Shown here piece after piece: positions 28,456-37,653 of a stretch of DNA of 64,000 nt. Positions within the stretch are counted from its first letter, which is position 1; each line of letters opens with the position of its first letter. The position numbers and the translations under genes are program-made. Source of the DNA: Sphingopyxis sp. (GTDB taxonomy: Bacteria > Pseudomonadota > Alphaproteobacteria > Sphingomonadales > Sphingomonadaceae); NCBI GenBank assembly GCA_040079655.1, contig JBEBJX010000001.1, forward strand, positions 14,060-78,059, in the 5' to 3' direction. The notes under the pieces are model-generated. The model saw only the letters and a program-made list of their open reading frames with translations, was not told where the DNA came from and ran no database searches.

Positions 28456-29362
28456 ATGAAAACGCCCCGATCACTTATTCTATCCGCCTTTCTAGCCGCA
28501 TGCGGCGGCGTCGCCTTTTTCTCGCTGATGGATGCGGCGATGAAGGGGTTAGCGCTTGGCATGGGCGCATATAATGCGCTGTTATGGCGCAATGTTGCTG
28601 GCACAGTGATAAGCGGCGGCGCCTATGCGGCCGCGCGCACAGGCTGGCCCACGCGGGCGGTGATGCGCCTGCATATCTGGCGTGGAATCATTGTCGCTGC
28701 GATGGCGTTGCTATTTTTCTGGGCGCTGACAATTTTGCCGATGGCCGAAGCCGTTGCCTTGTCGTTTATCGCACCACTTATCGCGCTTTTCCTGGCGGCG
28801 ATGTTGCTGGGCGAAAAGATAAGGTGGCCGGCCATCCTCGCCTCTTTGCTCGGCCTGGCTGGGGTTTGCGTGATAATAGCAGCGCGATTGAGCGATGAGG
28901 GCGGGCATGATCCGGCTGCGCTCTGGGGTGTGGCGGCGGTGCTCGGCTCTGCGGTATTATTTGCCTATAACCTCATTTTGGCGCGGCAGCAGGCGCAATT
29001 GGCCAAACCCGCCGAGATCGCTTTTTTTTCAGACGTTGACGATATTGGTGACGCTCGGTTTTGCTGCACCTTGGGTGGCGACATTGCCAGCGCTCAGGGA
29101 TTGGCCGCTGATCACGGGGGCGGCGTTGCTCGCTGTCGTCTCGTTACATCTCTTGTCATGGGCCTATGCCAGAGCAGAGGCGCAAATCCTCATTCCGGTC
29201 GAATATACGGCATTCATCTGGGCCGCGATATGCGGCTGGGTGTTTTTTGATGAAGCGCTCAGCTGGCCAATTGTCGGCGGCACCGTGTTGATAATCTGCG
29301 GTTGTTTGATTGCGGCCCGCGCCAACCCCCAGCCGCAACAGGTCGAGGAAGCGATTGCCTAG
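28456..29362 (+). pseudogene. DMT/EamA-family transporter split by a +1 frameshift in a T8 tract
   Basis: Frame 1 (28456 onward) reads ...AEIAFF; frame 2 continues FFQTLTILV...AEAQILIPVEYTAFIWA to 29362; T8 at 29022-29029 where T7 would restore one ORF; could be a sequencing error. Confidence 0.75.
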
Positions 29363-30591
29363 GCACTATGCGTGCTAATCCAATCTTCGACAATCGGCGC
29401 AATATTGGTCCGCCATTTGCTGCCATTGAAAATGCCATAATGACCGACATCAGGGGCCAGGTGATATTTTTTAGCGCGCTTATCGAGCCCCGTCGCAATC
29501 GTCAGCGCCGCCTTGGTTTGCCCCAACCCTGAAATATCGTCGCGCTCGCCCTCTATCGCCAATAATGCCGTTTTGGAAATGGCCGCAGGGTCAATGCGCT
29601 GTCCGCGATGCATCATCTCGCCCTTGGGCAGCGAATGGCGCTGAAAAACCGTTTCAACGGTTTGCAAATAAAACTCCGCCGTCATGTCGCACACCGCGCG
29701 ATATTCGTCGTAAAACGCCTTCGTTGCGTCGGCGCTTTCGTCATCACCATCGATCAAATGTCGAAACATGTCCCAGTGGCTCATTAAATGACTGCCAAGG
29801 TTCATAGACATGAAGCCGCTGAGCTGGAGAAAGCCGGGGTAAACTTTGCGCCCGCCGCCGGCATAATAATTGGGCACGCGGGCAATCACATTGTGCGCAA
29901 ACCATTCGTGCGGTCGCTGAGTCGCCATGCTATTCACCTGGGTAGGCGCCTCGCGCGTGTCGATCGGCCCACCCATCATAGTGAGCGTAAGTGGCGCTGC
30001 ACGGTGCTTTGCAGCGTTCATCAACGCCACCGCAGCATAAGCAGGAACCGATGGCTGGCACACCGCGAGCATATGGGCAGCGGGGCCGATATGGTCGAGA
30101 AAATCGATCAGATAATCGACATAGTCGTCGAGGTCGAACCGCCCCGCCCGCACCGGCACCAACTTAGCATCGGCCCAATCGGTGATATAAATGTCATGTT
30201 TACCTGACATTCGTTCGACCGTATCGCGCAATAATGTGGCATAATGACCCGACATTGGTGCGACAATGAGCAATTTTGGCAAAAATTCCGACCCGCCATC
30301 GGTGCCCACGCGCCGGAAATGCAGTAAATTGCCAAAGGGTTTTTCAAGCACCACCTCTTCGGCCAGCGCGATTTCGCGGCCATCGATCTTTATGCTCGGC
30401 AGATTGAACGAGGGCTTTCCGCGCGGTGCCGCTGCATGTGAAAATACATCAAGCGCAGACGCCAATATTGGCCCGCCACCAAAATAGGCGAGCGGCGCCA
30501 CACCGTTGCTCCAAAATCGGGCGCCGGCACCGGCCAAGGCGCTTGCCCCCGCAAGCATAGCGCGCTGCATATCATAAGCGTGGTATAACAT
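29359..30591 (-). CDS. phaZ: Intracellular polyhydroxyalkanoate depolymerase
   Basis: MLYHAY start, KPFGNLLHF, VAPMSGHYATLLR, AVCQP catalytic Cys motif, GGPID, EGERDDISG, VGHYGIFNG. Confidence 0.92.
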   Translation of the reverse strand: MLYHAYDMQRAMLAGASALAGAGARFWSNGVAPLAYFGGGPILASALDVFSHAAAPRGKPSFNLPSIKIDGREIALAEEVVLEKPFGNLLHFRRVGTDGGSEFLPKLLIVAPMSGHYATLLRDTVERMSGKHDIYITDWADAKLVPVRAGRFDLDDYVDYLIDFLDHIGPAAHMLAVCQPSVPAYAAVALMNAAKHRAAPLTLTMMGGPIDTREAPTQVNSMATQRPHEWFAHNVIARVPNYYAGGGRKVYPGFLQLSGFMSMNLGSHLMSHWDMFRHLIDGDDESADATKAFYDEYRAVCDMTAEFYLQTVETVFQRHSLPKGEMMHRGQRIDPAAISKTALLAIEGERDDISGLGQTKAALTIATGLDKRAKKYHLAPDVGHYGIFNGSKWRTNIAPIVEDWISTHSA

Positions 30592-30673
30592 CGGCAAAGC
30601 GGGGCTTTCTATAAAAGGGCAGTGGGCGCGGCGACTGTTGCCGAAAAATGGAGTGTCGCATTGGCCACGCTGC

Positions 30674-30692
30674 CATGTTGCAATGCAACATG
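30674..30692. promoter_or_regulatory. Perfect palindrome catgttgca-a-tgcaacatg upstream of phaZ (possible PhaR site)
   Basis: 9-bp arms with 1-nt spacer in the phaZ/ABC divergent intergenic region; TGC-N3-GCA core. Confidence 0.45.
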
Positions 30693-30751
30693 CAAGGCCC
30701 ATCTCAACAAAGCGCTAGTGGGGTGCAAACTTGGGTGCTAAGGCGTTGGTT

Positions 30752-32578
30752 ATGAGCGAAACACCTGCTGCGCCCGCGCCCACGCCACTCCCGTCCTCCC
30801 CCACTCCCGCCGCCACCCCAGCAGAAGCCCAGCGTCGGCTTGCCAGCCTGTCGATGGTGTGGGACCATGCACGGCAATATCCGTGGCAGATTGCGGCCGC
30901 CATCACCGGCCTTATTGGCTCGTCGAGCGCGACTTTGGCGATACCCGCTGGTTTCAAACTGGTCATCGATCGCGGTTTCGCAACGGGCAACACCGACAAT
31001 ATCAACCGCTATTTCCTGTATTTGCTCGGCATCGTGCTGGTGCTGGCCGTGGCAACGACAGTGCGGTTCTTTTTCGTCTCCTGGCTGGGCGAGCGCACAG
31101 TGGCAGACATCCGCCGCGCAGTGCAGCGCAATTTATTGCGTCAACCGCCCGCCTTTTTCGAGGAAAATCGCCCGTCAGAAATTTCCAGCCGAATGACATC
31201 GGACACCGCCGTCATCGAAATGGTGGTGGGCACAACCATTTCGGTCGCGCTGCGCAACTGCTTCACCGGACTGGGCGGGCTCGCCTATCTCTTCTATCTG
31301 TCGCCGACGATGGCGGGGTTCATCATCGTTGGAATTCCGCTGGTGATCATGCCGATTGTCGTCGTCGGCCGCCGTTTGCAAAAATTGTCGCGCGCCAGCC
31401 AGGACAGCGTCGCCAGCGTCGGGTCAATGACCACCGAAGTGCTGGGCGCGATGAAAATCGTTCAGGGATTTGGCCAGGAACGCCGCGAAGAACAGCGCTT
31501 TGCCGACGCGGTTGAACACACATTTGCAACCGCACGGCGCCGCATCACGATCCGCTCAATCATGACCGCATCGGTGATTGGTTTGATTTTTGGCGGCATC
31601 GTCTGTTTGCTCTGGTATGGCGCCTGGCAGGTTGTCGAGGGGCAAATCAGCGTCGGGACATTGGCTGCATTCGTGCTGACGGGTGGGTTCGTTGCCGGCG
31701 CATTTGGCGCGCTGACCGAGGTGTATGGCGATCTGGTGCGCGGTGCCGGCGCGGCAAGCAGGCTGGCCGAACTGCTGCATGCCGAACCTGCCATCAAAGC
31801 ACCTGCAAAGCCACGGACGCTGCCCGCAGTATCTACGGGCTCATTAGCGTTTACCGCTGTGGAATTTCGCTATCCAACCCGGCCAGATACGGCCGCGCTC
31901 CATGATTTCACGCTTGAGGTGGAAGCGAATGAAACCGTCGCCGTTGTGGGACCATCGGGCGCCGGCAAATCGACTCTGTTCCAACTGGCGCAGCGTTTTT
32001 ACGACCCGCAAGCGGGGCGGATCACCATGGATGGCATCGGCATCCGCGATGTCGACCCCGCCGATGTTCGCGCTCGCATGGCCGTTGTGCCGCAGGAAAC
32101 CGTTGTCTTCGCCGCCAGCGCGCGCGATAATCTGCGCTACGGCAATTGGGAGGCGAGCGACGCCGAGATTTGGGAAGCCGCCGATGCCGCCAACGCCAGC
32201 GAGTTTTTGAAAAAGCTCCCCGATGGCCTCGACACCTTTATGGGCGAAGCGGGAACACGGCTTTCGGGCGGGCAGCGGCAACGGATCGCCATTGCCCGCG
32301 CGTTGCTGCGCCGCGCACCGATATTGCTGCTCGACGAGGCTACATCCGCACTCGATGCCGAAAGCGAGCGCCTGGTCCAGGACGCGCTCGACCGCCTGAT
32401 GCATCAACGCACCACCATCGTCATTGCGCACCGCCTGGCCACCGTTCGCGCCGCAGATCGCATCATCGTGATGGATGATGGGCGCATCGTCGAGCAAGGC
32501 AATCACGACAGCCTGGTCGAACAGGGCGGGCTCTATGCGCGGCTTGCGCGGTTGCAATTTGACACGAGCGCCAATTAG
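30752..32578 (+). CDS. ABC exporter, fused permease/ATPase (MsbA/ABCB-like)
   Basis: Six-TM N-terminal domain, Walker A GPSGAGKST, LSGGQRQR signature, LLLDEATSALD, IAHRL. Confidence 0.92.
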   Translation: MSETPAAPAPTPLPSSPTPAATPAEAQRRLASLSMVWDHARQYPWQIAAAITGLIGSSSATLAIPAGFKLVIDRGFATGNTDNINRYFLYLLGIVLVLAVATTVRFFFVSWLGERTVADIRRAVQRNLLRQPPAFFEENRPSEISSRMTSDTAVIEMVVGTTISVALRNCFTGLGGLAYLFYLSPTMAGFIIVGIPLVIMPIVVVGRRLQKLSRASQDSVASVGSMTTEVLGAMKIVQGFGQERREEQRFADAVEHTFATARRRITIRSIMTASVIGLIFGGIVCLLWYGAWQVVEGQISVGTLAAFVLTGGFVAGAFGALTEVYGDLVRGAGAASRLAELLHAEPAIKAPAKPRTLPAVSTGSLAFTAVEFRYPTRPDTAALHDFTLEVEANETVAVVGPSGAGKSTLFQLAQRFYDPQAGRITMDGIGIRDVDPADVRARMAVVPQETVVFAASARDNLRYGNWEASDAEIWEAADAANASEFLKKLPDGLDTFMGEAGTRLSGGQRQRIAIARALLRRAPILLLDEATSALDAESERLVQDALDRLMHQRTTIVIAHRLATVRAADRIIVMDDGRIVEQGNHDSLVEQGGLYARLARLQFDTSAN

Positions 32579-32602
32579 GTAAGCGCCCTGAGGTCAGAGC
32601 CC

Positions 32603-32629
32603 TAAAACGCGCGTTGCAATATCCGTCTT
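32603..32629 (+). promoter_or_regulatory. Possible sigma-28-like promoter of fliD
   Basis: TAAA-N15-TCCGTCTT, a weak match to TAAA-N15-GCCGATAA, about 30 bp upstream of the fliD ATG. Confidence 0.25.
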
Positions 32630-32657
32630 TCCCTGTGAGCACACAAGGAATGGCGAT

Positions 32658-34271
32658 ATGGAATCAATTACATCCGCACTTGGCGCCGGATCGGGTATCG
32701 ACATTGCGACGCTGGTCGATCGATTGGCAAGCGCCGCGCGCAAGCCCAAAGACGATCAATTCACCCGCCGCACCACCGCCAATCAGGCGCGGTTACAGGC
32801 GCTGGCAGACATCAGCAGCAGCCTGAGCGGATTTTCCGACGCGCTAAACACCCTGGTTTCAGGCGGAGCATTGGCGATGCAACCGACCAGTTCGGACAGC
32901 GCGGCCCTCAGCGTAAATCTGGTTCGCGGTGCCCATATTGCTCAGCTAGCGTCAGAAATTGAGGTAATCTCGCTGGCGAAAAGCCAGACACTGCAATCGC
33001 TTTCAATGGCAGATAGCGTATCGCCCATTGGCCAAGGCACGCTCAGCCTGCAAACCGCTGGTGGTACTGTGGACATCGTCATCGGCGCGCAAAATGATAC
33101 GCTGTCAGGCCTGGCGAGCTCGATCAACGCCGCACAGGCCGAGGTCAAGGCGAGCATCATCACCGACAGCAGCGGCGCACGCCTGGTTTTACGCGGTGAA
33201 AGCGGCGCGGCAAAGGCTTTCACCCTCAGCGTTGCCAGCGGCACAGCCACGGGGCTAGAACGCTTCGCCTTTGCGCCGGGCGCTGCGGGCGGCATGCTAT
33301 TGGCGCAGGGTGCTGCCGATGCGGCGCTGAAAATCGATGGCATCGCGATGACAAGCGCAACAAATAGCGTCAGCAATGCCATAAGCGGTGTCACCATCGA
33401 TTTGAAACGCGCCGCGCCCGGCACAATCATCGCGATCGGATCAAGCCGCAACGCGGGCGCGCTTGAGCAGGGGCTGAGAGATTTTGTCGATGCCTATAAT
33501 CAGATCAGCACCCAAATTGACGAAGCAGGCCGAAACAGCGTTGGCAGCGAGGCGGGGCCGCTGCGCGGTGATACCGGGCTTAACGATTTGCGGCGGCGAC
33601 TGGCCAGCCTGATCGATACACCGTTGCTGACCAGCGGTAACGGCCCGCGCAGCCTTTCGGAAATTGGCATAAAAACGAACCGCGACGGGACACTTAGCGT
33701 CGATACGCCGCGGCTGACCAGCCAACTTGCCAGCAACGCCGATGGGATCGAGGCGCTGTTCAGCCCCGCACAGCGCAGCAGCACAGCCCTGGTCTCCATC
33801 CAAAGCGCCGCAGCAAGGGTGGCCCCCGGCACCTATGCGATAACCGATATCGTGCCGGCTTCGGGGTCAACCCCAGCATCGGCGATGATTGATGGCATTG
33901 CCATGACCGCAATCGATGACAGGCTCATCGCACCATCAAGCTCGCCCGCCGTGGGCTTGATCGTCCAGATTTTCCCCGGCGCGAGCGCGGCGGCGACCAT
34001 CGTCATTGACGGAGGCTTGAGCGGCACCCTGGCCGCGATCAAAAATACACTTGTCTCGCCGCGCGGCGCATTTAGCGCGACCCGCGACCGGATGAACAGA
34101 GAAGCCACAGCTATTGGCGCTGAACGAGCGTTACACGAAGCGCGATCAACCCGGTATAAAGACCGATTGTTGACAACATATGCGGCCATGGATCGTCGTG
34201 TTGCAGCCTTTAAGGCAACGCAATCCTATTTGGAACAACAGGTTGCGCTGTGGACGCGCAATAATGGTTAG
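32658..34271 (+). CDS. fliD: Flagellar filament cap protein
   Basis: ITSALGAGSGID..TLV N-terminus, V.SLAKSQTL, AADA..KIDGI..TSATN....AISGVTIDL, FVDAYN, LSEIGIKTNRDGTLSVD, C-terminal coiled coil. Confidence 0.9.
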   Translation: MESITSALGAGSGIDIATLVDRLASAARKPKDDQFTRRTTANQARLQALADISSSLSGFSDALNTLVSGGALAMQPTSSDSAALSVNLVRGAHIAQLASEIEVISLAKSQTLQSLSMADSVSPIGQGTLSLQTAGGTVDIVIGAQNDTLSGLASSINAAQAEVKASIITDSSGARLVLRGESGAAKAFTLSVASGTATGLERFAFAPGAAGGMLLAQGAADAALKIDGIAMTSATNSVSNAISGVTIDLKRAAPGTIIAIGSSRNAGALEQGLRDFVDAYNQISTQIDEAGRNSVGSEAGPLRGDTGLNDLRRRLASLIDTPLLTSGNGPRSLSEIGIKTNRDGTLSVDTPRLTSQLASNADGIEALFSPAQRSSTALVSIQSAAARVAPGTYAITDIVPASGSTPASAMIDGIAMTAIDDRLIAPSSSPAVGLIVQIFPGASAAATIVIDGGLSGTLAAIKNTLVSPRGAFSATRDRMNREATAIGAERALHEARSTRYKDRLLTTYAAMDRRVAAFKATQSYLEQQVALWTRNNG

Positions 34272-34677
34272 CGAATTTGCCGCCAATCATCCGGCCATCG
34301 CCACATATGAAAATATGCAATTTTCGGCGCGGGTAAACGGCGCCACTGCGGGCGGCCTTGTTTCCATCTTATACGAAGAATTGGAAAAATCCCTCATCGC
34401 AATTGAATATGCCTTAAAAAATAACCTGACAGGGCAATTGCGCCTTTCGCAAGTGCGGTTTCTGTCCATCATCATGGGGTTGGAAGGCGGGCTGAATTAT
34501 GAGCAAGGGGGGGCGGTCGCCAAAGCGCTGGGCTCCACCTATCACTATATCCGCCTGCGGACGCTGCGCGCCATAGCGCAGCACGACGCCAGCCAAATCG
34601 CTTCAGCCCTTCGCGATGTTTCGGGTTTAGCCGATGCCTGGGCACATATTCAGCGGCGCAATCCTGTGCCAGCATAG
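34264..34677 (+). CDS. fliS: Flagellin export chaperone FliS-like
   Basis: Overlaps the fliD stop; Y..M......ATAGGLVSILYE, II.GL..GLNYEQGG.VA..L...Y.Y, L.DAW pattern of FliS. Confidence 0.75.
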   Translation: MVSEFAANHPAIATYENMQFSARVNGATAGGLVSILYEELEKSLIAIEYALKNNLTGQLRLSQVRFLSIIMGLEGGLNYEQGGAVAKALGSTYHYIRLRTLRAIAQHDASQIASALRDVSGLADAWAHIQRRNPVPA

Positions 34678-34680
34678 CGA

Positions 34681-34702
34681 AACGCCCTAGGGTCAGGGCG
34701 TT
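34681..34702. terminator. Hairpin between the convergent fliS and activator genes
   Basis: aacgccct-agggtc-agggcgtt, perfect 8-bp stem. Confidence 0.5.
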
Positions 34703-35765
34703 AAGCGGCGGCGCTCAACATCGCATATTTTTGCATTTTCCCGATCAATGTCGTGCGCTGAAGCGTGAGCATCCGCGCCGCTTCGGAGACATTACCATTG
34801 CCGCGTTCAAGCGCCCGCGCGATGCAACGGCGCTCAAAATCCGCCACCATATCCGCCAGATCCAATGGCCCGTTTTCAGTTGGCAATTCAAAGGGCAGCA
34901 CAACCTCGCCCGGGGGTTCGCTCATCAGCGCACGCTCTGGCACGGGCGCGGCCGATAGTGACGGGGCCGATAGTGTTGGGCAGGCCGCCCGCCGCCCCAA
35001 TATCAGCGCATCGACATCCGCCGCCGTGACGATTTTCCCGGCATGAAAAATGGCCGCCCGCTGCACAATATTGCGCAATTCGCGGATATTGCCCGGCCAA
35101 TCATATTGCTGAAATTGCGCCATGGCCTCGGCGGAAAAGACCGTGCCCTTCGCCAGGTTCAACCTGTTTTCAAAATGCCGGATGAGTAACGATATATCCG
35201 ACGTGCGATGCGCGAGCGGCGGCACCAAAATCGATAATATAGCTATTCTATAAAAAAGATCCTCGCGGAACTGGCCTTGAGAAATAGCCGCATCAATGTC
35301 GCGATGTGTCGCAGCGACAATCCGGACATTGACCGCAATTTGCCCTTTTCCGCCCACGCGCTGAATGGCCCCATCTTCAAGCACCCTGAGCAATTTAACC
35401 TGCATCGCCGGCGGCATTTCGCCAATTTCATCGAGAAATAAAGTCCCCCCATCAGCCTCCTCAAAACGCCCGCACCGCTGTGCTATGGCCCCGGTAAACG
35501 AGCCCTTTTCATGGCCAAACAGTTCGGATTCCAATAGTTCGGTTGGAATGGCGCCGCAATTTATGGCGACAAAGGGCTGGTTTTTGCGGTCGCTGAAATC
35601 ATGCAATGCCCGCGCGACAAGCTCTTTGCCGCTGCCCGATGGCCCGCATATCAGCACCGACATGCTATTATCGGCCGAACGCAAAATGTCGGAGCGGAGC
35701 AGCTGTATCGCGTGCGAGCAACCAACCAATCGCGCCGACAGTTTGCGCATATTCTCATCAATCAT
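34701..35765 (-). CDS. Sigma-54-dependent enhancer-binding activator (FleQ/FlrA-like) without an N-terminal regulatory domain
   Basis: GPSGSGKE Walker A, ESELFGHEKGSFTGA, LFLDEIGEM, DWPGNIREL, C-terminal Fis-type HTH; ATG 35765 with GGAG RBS. Confidence 0.85.
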   Translation of the reverse strand: MIDENMRKLSARLVGCSHAIQLLRSDILRSADNSMSVLICGPSGSGKELVARALHDFSDRKNQPFVAINCGAIPTELLESELFGHEKGSFTGAIAQRCGRFEEADGGTLFLDEIGEMPPAMQVKLLRVLEDGAIQRVGGKGQIAVNVRIVAATHRDIDAAISQGQFREDLFYRIAILSILVPPLAHRTSDISLLIRHFENRLNLAKGTVFSAEAMAQFQQYDWPGNIRELRNIVQRAAIFHAGKIVTAADVDALILGRRAACPTLSAPSLSAAPVPERALMSEPPGEVVLPFELPTENGPLDLADMVADFERRCIARALERGNGNVSEAARMLTLQRTTLIGKMQKYAMLSAAA

Positions 35766-35908
35766 CACCTTGGCTCCGTCATCGTGGCCAGGTTTTGATG
35801 CGGTAAACATGGTGTGCAATGTGCAAATATTTCCACCACATTGGTGCGGCAACGGGGCGTGGGCGATAATAGTATCCGTTTTGGCCTAAAACACTATTTG
35901 ATCGAGGC

Positions 35909-36880
35909 CTATTGCTGGCTCCATCCGCGCCACGCAAACCACGCCGCGACACACAGCGCGATTGCGGCGCAAAAGGCGGTTACACCCCAAAACGCCCATG
36001 GATCGTGCGCATAGGGGATGCCATCAACATTCATGCCCAGCAACCCAGTGACAAAGGTTAGAGGCAGGAAGATCAGCGCCGCGATGGCGATTTGCAGCGA
36101 GCGCGCGTCCATCCGCTCTGCGCGCAGATCGGTGATTTCATCGTGCAATACGGCCGCGCGCTCGCGGACCGATTCCAATTCTTCGCCCATCCTGGCAAAA
36201 CGATCGCTTGCTTCGCGCAAAGCCGCACGCTCACCATCATCTATCCAGCGTATCGGGAAGGTCGTCAGCCTATCAATCGCCTGACTATGGGGCACAATGA
36301 AGCGCCGAAGGATAATCGCCTTGCTGCGCAATTGCGTGCTGCGTCGCCGCTCGGCAAAGGATGCGCCCTGATCGAGGCTGGATTCAAGATCATCAAGCTC
36401 ATCGCCAATATTGGCAACGATCACATCCAGCTCGTGGGCCGCAGTGGCCAGCAAGGCGATAATGAGGTCGCCCGGGTCATGGATCAACCCATCATTAAAC
36501 TGTCCGGCCACTTTTGGAACGACGTTCGAGTGGCGAAAGCTTACTGAAAGCAGCAGCCCCTCTTTCGCCCATAGCCTCAAAGAGACCAGCGGGTCGCCCT
36601 CGCCCGCCTTGACCTCGTCGTCATGGGGGGCGCGCAGATTGACCAGCAACCCGCCCTCGATCAAGTCACAGCGCGGCCGCGTTTCGGCGGCAAGCAGGGC
36701 GCGGGTAACGGCCTGCGGCAATTCAAACGGCAGCCCCGCAAGCTTATGCGCGCCACGGGTCTCGGCCATATAATGCACCCAGATAAAGCCGCCTTTCTCA
36801 TGGCGCAGAAATGCCTCGGCTATATCTGCTTCTTTGAGGGCGACTGGCTTACCATCTTGCCAGCAAAGAGCGGTGATCAT
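35909..36880 (-). CDS. zntB: CorA/ZntB-family divalent metal transporter
   Basis: ETRPRC, LVSLRLW, LRRFIVP, FLPLTFVTGLLGMNV (GMN signature), two C-terminal TM helices; ATGA overlap with the upstream gene. Confidence 0.85.
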   Translation of the reverse strand: MITALCWQDGKPVALKEADIAEAFLRHEKGGFIWVHYMAETRGAHKLAGLPFELPQAVTRALLAAETRPRCDLIEGGLLVNLRAPHDDEVKAGEGDPLVSLRLWAKEGLLLSVSFRHSNVVPKVAGQFNDGLIHDPGDLIIALLATAAHELDVIVANIGDELDDLESSLDQGASFAERRRSTQLRSKAIILRRFIVPHSQAIDRLTTFPIRWIDDGERAALREASDRFARMGEELESVRERAAVLHDEITDLRAERMDARSLQIAIAALIFLPLTFVTGLLGMNVDGIPYAHDPWAFWGVTAFCAAIALCVAAWFAWRGWSQQ

Positions 36881-37650
36881 CGCGTAAATTCCAGCCAAAT
36901 ATGGAGGCCATCAGCCGGAATGGCTGGAGCCACAGATGCTATGGTACGGGTCGCATCGGCCCGGGCACGGTTGAGTATGGACTCGGGCACATCGCCCTTG
37001 TGCCACAAGGCATCGGCACTGCCCAGTAGCCGCACATCGCGCAGCGTGAGCATCTCGGGGTCATCGCTGGTCAGGGCGATATGGGCAAGCCGCCCATCAT
37101 TGTCCGCCGCCCCGGGGGCTGCCAGCCAGCGATCCACCGCGTCTGTCGCCTGATCCTGCATCGGGTCGAGTGGCCCGCCTATAGCGAGCGCACGGTCAAT
37201 GGCGCGGCGGAAATCGGCACTATCTGGCCAGCGAGCGCGCATGGCTGGACGCGCCCTGCCCAGCGCGGCCGCCAGCGCCCCCACGCCATTTGGCACTATC
37301 TGTTCGAGCCGTTGCCGCATCGTTTTGGCCAGCCCTGCGGATGCCCCGCCTGTCCCCACGGCTATCAGCAGCGGGTCACGATCAAGGATGGCCGGCATGG
37401 TGAAATCGCACAAATCCGGGCGATCAACGACATTGACCAACAGCCCGCGCGCCTTTAATCGTTCCGCCACATCGGCCGCTTCGCCACCGAATAGCGAGAC
37501 AAAGGCCAGCTTTGCCACCGCGCCTTCATCGTTGCTGACCACAGCCCCGGCGCGTTCGAGCAATCGCCGCTTGGCTGCCGCCATCTCACCCTCTCCGATC
37601 AGGATCACTGTCTGGCCCGACAGGCGCACAAAGATGGGCAGGCTATGCAA
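36877..37650 (-). CDS. Precorrin-2 dehydrogenase/sirohydrochlorin ferrochelatase (CysG N-terminal module) with a degenerate methyltransferase remnant
   Basis: LPIFV.L.G..V..IG.G..A..K, VNVVDRPDLCDF..PA, IAVGTGGAS; C-terminal DPEMLTLR..RLL..AD remnant. Confidence 0.8.
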   Translation of the reverse strand: MHSLPIFVRLSGQTVILIGEGEMAAAKRRLLERAGAVVSNDEGAVAKLAFVSLFGGEAADVAERLKARGLLVNVVDRPDLCDFTMPAILDRDPLLIAVGTGGASAGLAKTMRQRLEQIVPNGVGALAAALGRARPAMRARWPDSADFRRAIDRALAIGGPLDPMQDQATDAVDRWLAAPGAADNDGRLAHIALTSDDPEMLTLRDVRLLGSADALWHKGDVPESILNRARADATRTIASVAPAIPADGLHIWLEFTR

Positions 37651-37653
37651 TGC

